Positions 58,064 to 64,000 of a stretch of 64,000 nucleotides of DNA are shown one piece after another. Position numbers and translations under genes: made by a program. The stretch is from an uncultured delta proteobacterium (GTDB lineage: Bacteria > Desulfobacterota > BSN033 > UBA1163): assembly GCA_963820625.1 (NCBI GenBank), contig CAWGAV010000017.1, positions 32,888 through 96,887 of the forward strand, read 5' to 3'. Below the pieces are notes generated by a model. That model worked only from the letters and a program-made list of their open reading frames with translations, did not search any database and was not told the origin of the DNA. Positions within the stretch are counted from its first letter, which is position 1, and the number at the start of each line of letters is the position of its first letter.

Positions 58064-58950
58064 CGTCCTTTCCCCCTATATTGAAGATAGCGTTTGAGGC
58101 AGATCTGAAAATTTTCCGCCACATCCTTTTTGCTATTGACGATAAAGATATGATTCTGAACATGGAAGAGTTCCTCGATCAGCCTCTCCACTGGGTAGAG
58201 GGTCTTCGATTCCTTTCCATACCTCCTCTCCAATTCCTCCTCAAACATCACGACTAGTTTGTCCTTCATCCTTAACTGTGTATCATTAAAGAGGAAGGAT
58301 ACCTCTGGGAGGATATCATCCATTCTGGAGAAGAAGGTGGATATCTCGCTCTGTTCAACTCCTTTTGGAGGGGAGGATTTCACCTCCACATAGACCAGTC
58401 TTTGGTTCCAAGAGGCAATCACATCATAGTCGCCGCCAGAAGGAGTGTTCTTCACACTGACCCCATAGATTGCAGGAGAGGCAAATTCCCTTTTAAACAT
58501 CTCGGCAATGAACCACTCCAGGGTGGGCCCGAAACTGTAAAGAGGGGAGACCCAAGTCCGATATTTTCCCCTTCCATTTTTTACGATCGCCCCCATTTCA
58601 CAAAGCAGGTCGCAGTATCCTTGGACCACTTTGGAAGAGCAGTAGTGGGTCAGATCCTGGATGCGAAACCGATCCTGGTATTTGATCATATCTCTCAGGA
58701 CGAGACGAAAAGAATATTTCCTCATCATCTCATAAAATCGAGCTTTATAAAAAGAAGTAAGATCCGGAGGAAAGAAGAGATGTTCTGTGGGATTTTTTCG
58801 AAAGACCTTCATTCCCCTCATCCTGAGCATCTTCTCCACAGGAGAAGGGTCTTCTATAGAAGCGGCCTTAAGGAATTCAATCTCTTTGGTGAGGTCTCTG
58901 ACTTTTTTTTTGAGGGATCGGATCTCTCGTAGAATCTTCTGCGAATCCAT
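58060..58950 (-). CDS. Hypothetical protein with a PD-(D/E)xK-like motif, translationally coupled to polX
   Basis: 296 aa. N-terminal coiled coil. GGDYDVIASWNQRLVYVEVKSS resembles a D...(E/D)xK nuclease core. 4-nt overlap with the polX start. Confidence 0.4.
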   Translation of the reverse strand: MDSQKILREIRSLKKKVRDLTKEIEFLKAASIEDPSPVEKMLRMRGMKVFRKNPTEHLFFPPDLTSFYKARFYEMMRKYSFRLVLRDMIKYQDRFRIQDLTHYCSSKVVQGYCDLLCEMGAIVKNGRGKYRTWVSPLYSFGPTLEWFIAEMFKREFASPAIYGVSVKNTPSGGDYDVIASWNQRLVYVEVKSSPPKGVEQSEISTFFSRMDDILPEVSFLFNDTQLRMKDKLVVMFEEELERRYGKESKTLYPVERLIEELFHVQNHIFIVNSKKDVAENFQICLKRYLQYRGKGR

Positions 58951-58999
58951 TGTAAGTGTTTCGTTCGTGAGGGCGAAACCATCGGTTTACCCTCACGAT

Positions 59000-59905
59000 T
59001 TAAAACCCTCGATAGAGGCGGTAGCGTTTCGCTAACTGAATCGCCTCCAGATATTCTTTATGGGTGATCCGCCGGTTAATCTCAGGGTATTCATGAGCTC
59101 GGTATTCAGGCCGATATTGATCCATGATGTTGACATAGGAGTGAACAGAGATCTCCTCAGCGATGAACCTGAGAACCGGCTCCGAAGAGGCCACCCCATT
59201 AGGCATCACCAAATGTCTGATCAAGAGTCCTCTCTCGGCAATCCCTTTAGAATTGGTGTTTAGGTCTCCAACCTGGCGATACATCTCTTTAAGAACCTTC
59301 TTAATCACCTCTGGATAGTCCGGAGCATTGGAGAATCGCTTTGAATGTTTTTCGTCCATGTATTTTGCATCGGGCATGTAGATATCAACTATCCCTTCCA
59401 TGAGTCGAATCACCTCAATCGACTCATATCCGGAGCAGTTATAGACAATGGGAAGCCGAAGGCCCTTCTCAATCGCTTCAGGAAGAGAGGCTGCAATCTG
59501 AGGGACGTAGTGGGTGGGGGTGACAAAATTGATGTTATGGCAACCTATCTCCTGGAGCCTCACCATGATCCGCGCCATGTCAGAGGAGGTAATTCGTTCA
59601 CCACTTCCAAGATGGCTGATGTCGTAATTTTGGCAGAAAATGCACCTAAGATTGCAATTGGCGAGGAAAATGGTCCCTGAACCGTGATATCCGACCAGAG
59701 GGGGTTCCTCACCAAAATGGGGGAAGGCACTCGAGACCATGAGTTCTGAACCAGCCTGGCAGACCCCAACCTCTCCATCCAGGCGATTGACCCCACACTC
59801 CCTTGGGCAAAGCCGACACTCCTTGATGAATTCCTTCAGGAGTTGGATCCTCTGGCTGAGCTCTCCTTTTTCATGTAGACTGATATAGGAAGGGACAAAA
59901 GCCAT
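59000..59905 (-). CDS. Radical SAM enzyme, PflA/AmmeMemoRadiSam-type (CxxxCxxCQN)
   Basis: CNLRCIFCQNYD motif in a 301-aa glycyl-radical-activase-like fold. Confidence 0.55.
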   Translation of the reverse strand: MAFVPSYISLHEKGELSQRIQLLKEFIKECRLCPRECGVNRLDGEVGVCQAGSELMVSSAFPHFGEEPPLVGYHGSGTIFLANCNLRCIFCQNYDISHLGSGERITSSDMARIMVRLQEIGCHNINFVTPTHYVPQIAASLPEAIEKGLRLPIVYNCSGYESIEVIRLMEGIVDIYMPDAKYMDEKHSKRFSNAPDYPEVIKKVLKEMYRQVGDLNTNSKGIAERGLLIRHLVMPNGVASSEPVLRFIAEEISVHSYVNIMDQYRPEYRAHEYPEINRRITHKEYLEAIQLAKRYRLYRGF

Positions 59906-60059
59906 TTCAGTACCGATCCATGAGAAAGTTCCCGTTTCTCAATTATAAATTATCACAAAGTTTAATGGAATTCTATTAAAGAAGGGAATGAATCAAAGAA
60001 AAGGGGGATTTCTTAGTGCCTGCGGTAGGCAGGCACTAAGAAATCCCCATCATGCCAAA

Positions 60060-60695
60060 CTAAATGTTTTGATAGGTGGCAATGAATTTACGGTAGTAGC
60101 CGGGGGGAATCTTTTCGTTTCTCTCAATGAGCCCTTTGACATAGGTGGGGCCATAGTTATAAGCCGTCAAGGCAACCCCGATATCTTTGAAGTCAAAGAT
60201 CAACTGAGAAAGGTAATGAATTCCAATTTTTATATTGAGATAGGGATTAAACAGGGTCCGGTCTCCGCTCCATTCAATCCCCATTTCCTGGGCGAGAGAT
60301 TCTGCCACATAAGGCATGATCTGCATTAGCCCTTTTGCGCCCTGTTCGGAAACAGACCAATTCTGGAATGAACTCTCAATGGCAATGAGAGCTAGTATAA
60401 ATTTGGGGTCCTGGTTGTGGCGTGAAGCCTCTTCGTAGATGACCTCGGCAAGTTCCTCCTTCGTCACATTAGCCAAACCCGTTGGTTGCCTCTCCAATAC
60501 CTCCAGGATCTCCTTAATAGTCTGCTCCCTTTGGTTGAGACCAGGAATGAAATTGGAGAGATGGAAGGAGAGGACGAAGATGACGACAAAAAGGGTGACC
60601 TTGCGGAGAATACGGAAGAAGAGAAGGCCATTCTTTATGTTAGTTTTGGTATGTGGGGGATGACTCGTCCGTATCAATGGTTCATTCAGTGCCAT
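60060..60695 (-). CDS. Membrane-anchored lytic transglycosylase (SLT domain)
   Basis: N-terminal TM, then ESSFQNWSVSEQGAKGLMQIMP...AYNYGP. Confidence 0.7.
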   Translation of the reverse strand: MALNEPLIRTSHPPHTKTNIKNGLLFFRILRKVTLFVVIFVLSFHLSNFIPGLNQREQTIKEILEVLERQPTGLANVTKEELAEVIYEEASRHNQDPKFILALIAIESSFQNWSVSEQGAKGLMQIMPYVAESLAQEMGIEWSGDRTLFNPYLNIKIGIHYLSQLIFDFKDIGVALTAYNYGPTYVKGLIERNEKIPPGYYRKFIATYQNI

Positions 60696-61092
60696 AAACC
60701 AACCTCCTTGTGATTACTTTTCACAATGTTAGCATACTGAATCCCGTTTTGTCAAGTTTTAAATAGCCCTGCGTCCATCCGCGCCACAAACTGTAGTAGG
60801 TGACGAAAAAGGTGACGGTACCTATAGTAGGTTGGGATAGGTGGGGACTGGACCTGCAGGCTGACTGGCTACTGCCTGCCTGCTGCAAGCATAGGGCAGC
60901 AGCTTCAGCAAGGCATGATTACGCTACCGCGGGTTAGATTAGGATTCCAAATCTAAGTTCTACCGACCTCAAAGAGTTTTCTTTCGACAGGGGAGAGGAT
61001 TTCACATCTCCTTTAAAGGCAATGTTCTCTTCAATCCTGATCGCGCCAAATTTGGGGTCAATCGTATTGATTTTAATGGAGAAATTGGCCTC

Positions 61093-62232
61093 CTATTTAT
61101 CTCCTAATAACCTTACCAGCTGAGAAGAGAGGGCCGTCAAAACCCCTAATCCCAATATTCCCACTTTGAAATTCAAATGGTCAGCCACCAACCCTAAGGT
61201 AAAAGGACCGCCTCCTGTTCCAAAGATCATTCCGATGGCAATGATGAATCCAATGGCCATTGACCTTTCGGAAATGGAGGTCAACTTTGAGATAGCTATA
61301 AAGGCGACCGGAAAGAAGGCAAGGGAAAAAAGGGCTTGTAGGATGAGGGTGATCAAAATCAATGGAAGGGTAGAAGAAAGGGCAAGGCCAATGGTACTCA
61401 GCCCTGTTACAAAGATGCTCCATTTGAGTATGACCTGAAATCCAAAACGATCGGTCATAAAACCGATGGTTACAGGAACGATCACCCCAGCGGCACGGGA
61501 GATTCCAAGTAGAGTGTTGGCAAAACCGAAGTCCATCCCTCTCTCTTTGATCAGGTAGAGGGGAAGAATTGAATAGATTCCCAAACCTGAAGCCGCGGAA
61601 AAGATCCACAGAAGCCCCATGATCCAAACTGTCTTCTTTCTAAAAAGATCGACATAAAGACTCTTTTGGTGAACCCTCTCTTGTTTCGGCTCGACAGAAA
61701 CCTTCCAGAAGGGGATAAGAAACAAAAGAGGAACTATTCCAAGGATGAAGAGGAGGTTCTTCCAAGGAAAATAAAGGAGACCCAATGGGACAAGAATTGG
61801 GATGGAAAAGATAGAAAAGCTGGCTGCAGAGTCATGAAGTCCGATGGCCTTACCCCAGTGTCGATGCTCATAAGTTTGAGTGATGATGGGGAGGATGGAT
61901 GGAAGATAAGTTCCTGAACTAACGCCCAAAAGAAAGAAGAGGAGGTGAAAAGCTATATAACTTTCTGCCCACTGGAGGCCAAAAAGGACAAGACCAATAC
62001 ATATAAATCCGATAACCACCATTCTTTTATATCTCCAGGCAGAAGCAAATCGACCCGTTAGGATTAAGGTAAGGGCGTAACCGATCGAGAGAGAGACATA
62101 GAGTCCACCCGCCTCTCCATGGGAAATGGAAAGGCTGTCTTCAATCAAGGGGAGTAAGGGAGAGAATATAGTGCGGGTGGAAAAGTTAAGAAACCAGAGA
62201 CACCAGAAGATGAAAAGGGGAAGAAGTTTCAT
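61093..62232 (-). CDS. MFS transporter
   Basis: 379 aa, 12 predicted TM segments, and an MFS motif region (GRFASAWRYKRM; GFMTDRFGF). Confidence 0.65.
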   Translation of the reverse strand: MKLLPLFIFWCLWFLNFSTRTIFSPLLPLIEDSLSISHGEAGGLYVSLSIGYALTLILTGRFASAWRYKRMVVIGFICIGLVLFGLQWAESYIAFHLLFFLLGVSSGTYLPSILPIITQTYEHRHWGKAIGLHDSAASFSIFSIPILVPLGLLYFPWKNLLFILGIVPLLFLIPFWKVSVEPKQERVHQKSLYVDLFRKKTVWIMGLLWIFSAASGLGIYSILPLYLIKERGMDFGFANTLLGISRAAGVIVPVTIGFMTDRFGFQVILKWSIFVTGLSTIGLALSSTLPLILITLILQALFSLAFFPVAFIAISKLTSISERSMAIGFIIAIGMIFGTGGGPFTLGLVADHLNFKVGILGLGVLTALSSQLVRLLGDK

Positions 62233-62523
62233 TTACTTCACCCGTTTCAGACCGGGATGGCCCTTCGATGGCTTTCCCTCCTTCTCTTTCCTCCTCTTCA
62301 GCACATTTTCATTGAAGAAGGTATTCTTCAAGCTGACGGCATTGATGATGCAGTAGATGATCACTGCCTTTTCCCAATCCTTTGTTCCATCAAAATGCTC
62401 AATCTTCAAACGATATTTTTCCCTCAGGTTTGCCAGGGAGGCTTCATCAAAGGAAAGGATTTGCTCAGCTAATTTCTCAAGAGCCTTTTCCATAAAAACC
62501 CCAATGAAAAATCCAAATGTCAA
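62233..62523 (-). CDS. Hypothetical small protein
   Basis: ORF directly upstream of the MFS gene. The N-terminus overlaps the CAAATG repeat, so the true start is probably MEKALEK. Confidence 0.3.
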   Translation of the reverse strand: MTFGFFIGVFMEKALEKLAEQILSFDEASLANLREKYRLKIEHFDGTKDWEKAVIIYCIINAVSLKNTFFNENVLKRRKEKEGKPSKGHPGLKRVK

Positions 62524-62660
62524 AATCCCAATGCCAAATGAATGTCAAATGACTCAATGTCAAATGTTTTTATATTTGAAATTTCGAATTTGAACTTCAT
62601 TTGAACTTGATTCACCTTCGGTTCATCACTTCGTGCGAGCTTTGGCATTTGACATTGCTT
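62500..62660. repeat. CAAATG-rich inverted-repeat element (family 3, copy 2)
   Basis: AAAAATCCAAATGTCAAAATCCCAATGCCAAATGAATGTCAAATGACTCAATGTCAAATG...CATTTGAACTT...GAGCTTTGGCATTTGACATTG. Confidence 0.7.
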
Positions 62661-63049
62661 TATCTATTTTGACACTCTTCACAAATGTGATTCTTAAGTG
62701 CGAAGCGTCCTTCTCTCGCCCTGTATCGACCACAATTTCTGCAAAGAAATAGCTCATCCAGACAAGTGGGGCAATAATAATATCCAATATGACCGGGGTG
62801 GGATTTCGCACAGGCCTGTTCTTTACCGGTGAGATCGAAACAGAGATATTTTCTGCATTGCTGGCAGAATTCAAAAAAGTGTCGATCCAGGACCTCACCA
62901 CAGACCTCACAGTAACGAATGCCATCCGCCAACCTTATACCCTGAGTTTCCGCTGTAGCGCCCTCATTCACTGGGGGCGGATTTTGAAATTTCGTTCCGG
63001 TAGATATCGGAACGCTACGCATTGTGTTACGGACACGTGACACGAACAA
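62660..63049 (-). CDS. Cysteine-rich multi-zinc-ribbon protein
   Basis: Six or more CxxC pairs (CEVCGEV, CQQC, CPTC, CRNCG, CEEC). Confidence 0.4.
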   Translation of the reverse strand: MFVSRVRNTMRSVPISTGTKFQNPPPVNEGATAETQGIRLADGIRYCEVCGEVLDRHFFEFCQQCRKYLCFDLTGKEQACAKSHPGHIGYYYCPTCLDELFLCRNCGRYRAREGRFALKNHICEECQNR

Positions 63050-63068
63050 CGGTCACGTTACTTTTTGC

Positions 63069-63575
63069 CTAGGGTGCAAACTTTGTGATCTGATGGGGAG
63101 CCTCGAAGGTTTCGTGAAGAGCCCTCATGGCATCCTCTGTCTGATCTGCTTGAATCACGCAGGAACAACTGGAGATGGAAGTGCTAATCGCCAAGACATT
63201 GATCCCTGTTGTTCCCAGGGCATTGAACATTAAACCGGAGATCATTGGCCGCTCTCTGAAGTGAGGGCCAAAAACGCTGATCATCGCCACATTGGGATGA
63301 TAAGAAATCCCCTTCGCCTCGATCAGGGGTTTGACTCCTTCCAAAACCTCTAAGGCGACCTCCAGATTCTTTTGATCGATGCAAAAAGTCATGTTACCAT
63401 TACCCTCGAGGTCAAAATTAAGGACAATGAATTCGATATTGATATTCCGCTTTCCCATTTCGTCGAGGACTGTCCCGGCTACATCAGGCCGATCCGGTAA
63501 TGAAAGGATGCTCACCGTCGCCAGACCCGTGCTCGCCATAATCCCACCTACCTTGATCTTTCCCTCGCTTCCCAT
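63069..63575 (-). CDS. Tandem ACT-domain protein
   Basis: Two ACT-like beta-alpha-beta-beta-alpha-beta units (ILSLPDRPDVAGTVLDEMGKRNINI...; MISVFGPHFRERPMISGLMFNALGTTGINV). Directly downstream of the paaK-like gene. Confidence 0.55.
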   Translation of the reverse strand: MGSEGKIKVGGIMASTGLATVSILSLPDRPDVAGTVLDEMGKRNINIEFIVLNFDLEGNGNMTFCIDQKNLEVALEVLEGVKPLIEAKGISYHPNVAMISVFGPHFRERPMISGLMFNALGTTGINVLAISTSISSCSCVIQADQTEDAMRALHETFEAPHQITKFAP

Positions 63576-63580
63576 CCCTT

Positions 63581-64000
63581 CTACTCCCAGATCCTCCGAT
63601 CATCGATTTTTTTAGCTCGATCCGGAATGCCACCTCTTACAGTAAACACCACTTCGCCCTTCACCTTGAGAACTTCCTCCATCTCCTTCTCCACTCTTCT
63701 TTTCAGGCCAGACTGATCAACGACCTCCTCTTTTAATTCGATATAAACCGTCATTTGATCACGATACTCCTTTCGAGTGACGACGATCTGATAATTCGCC
63801 ACCATTGGGAATTTCGCCATCAACTCATCCACCTGCCAGGGATGGATGAAGATTCCCCAAACCTTGGTCACTTGATCCGTCCGGCCTAGAATCTTTCCTA
63901 AGCGAGAAGAAGTTCGGCCGCAGGGACACGGATCTTCGATCAGATAAGAAAGATCTCCGGTAGCGAAACGAACCATCGGAAAGACCTTGCTGAAGGTGGT
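63581..64000 (-). CDS. paaK: Phenylacetate-CoA ligase family (PaaK-like) C-terminal fragment
   Basis: CPCGRTSSRLGKILGRTDQ...KVWGIFIHPWQVDE is the PaaK C-terminal domain. The N-terminus lies beyond the window end. Confidence 0.6.
   Translation of the reverse strand, partial: TTFSKVFPMVRFATGDLSYLIEDPCPCGRTSSRLGKILGRTDQVTKVWGIFIHPWQVDELMAKFPMVANYQIVVTRKEYRDQMTVYIELKEEVVDQSGLKRRVEKEMEEVLKVKGEVVFTVRGGIPDRAKKIDDRRIWE

Overview
This 64-kb window is a gene-dense chromosomal segment from an anaerobic bacterium. The anaerobic character is inferred from the gene content: 2-oxoacid:ferredoxin oxidoreductase, a class III ribonucleotide reductase (NrdD/NrdG), many radical-SAM enzymes, and ferredoxins. The repeat content and gene set look like Nitrospirota or Thermodesulfovibrio, but this cannot be verified from sequence alone.

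Most of the window is housekeeping, in this order:
- a corA N-terminal fragment
- a five-gene 2-oxoacid:ferredoxin oxidoreductase cluster with an embedded GltD/NfnB-like flavoprotein, translationally coupled to the 5-oxoprolinase genes pxpABC
- a secreted beta-propeller protein, a NYN/LOTUS protein, and ilvA
- a tonB-btuFCD uptake operon preceded by a cobalamin riboswitch on the minus strand
- proline dehydrogenase, a HEAT-repeat protein, a TIGR03960-type radical-SAM/DUF2344 fusion, and rng
- the conserved rplU-rpmA-obg-proB-proA-nadD-rsfS string
- a dksA-like gene, a fused lapA/lapB, comF, and a 1182-aa AsmA-family protein
- nrdD, a glutaredoxin-like gene, and nrdG
- a GGDEF gene, a NUDIX gene, a cytosolic MgtE-N/CBS protein followed by an NRAMP transporter, panE and panB
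- an M50 protease, PolX, a second radical-SAM gene, an SLT transglycosylase, an MFS transporter, an ACT-domain protein, and a paaK fragment

Two segments look accessory:
- Positions 1.7-6.0 kb, bounded by MITE-like repeats, carry an ORF6N gene and genes for secreted proteins.
- Positions 24.9-27.3 kb form a sharply AT-rich island with a DUF4145-like protein, a coiled-coil protein with an Mrr_N-like winged helix, an XRE regulator, and a DUF4258/DUF2283 toxin-antitoxin pair. This is the most plausible novel defence or addiction module in the window.

The window is also rich in short dispersed palindromic repeat families; at least eight are recognisable by eye. These generate several of the spurious six-frame ORFs.

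One anomaly is reported: nadD has no usable canonical start, because an in-frame TAG follows the only ATG after six codons. No tRNA, rRNA or CRISPR array was found.

Coordinates I derived by hand, rather than taken from the ORF track, may be off by a few bases.
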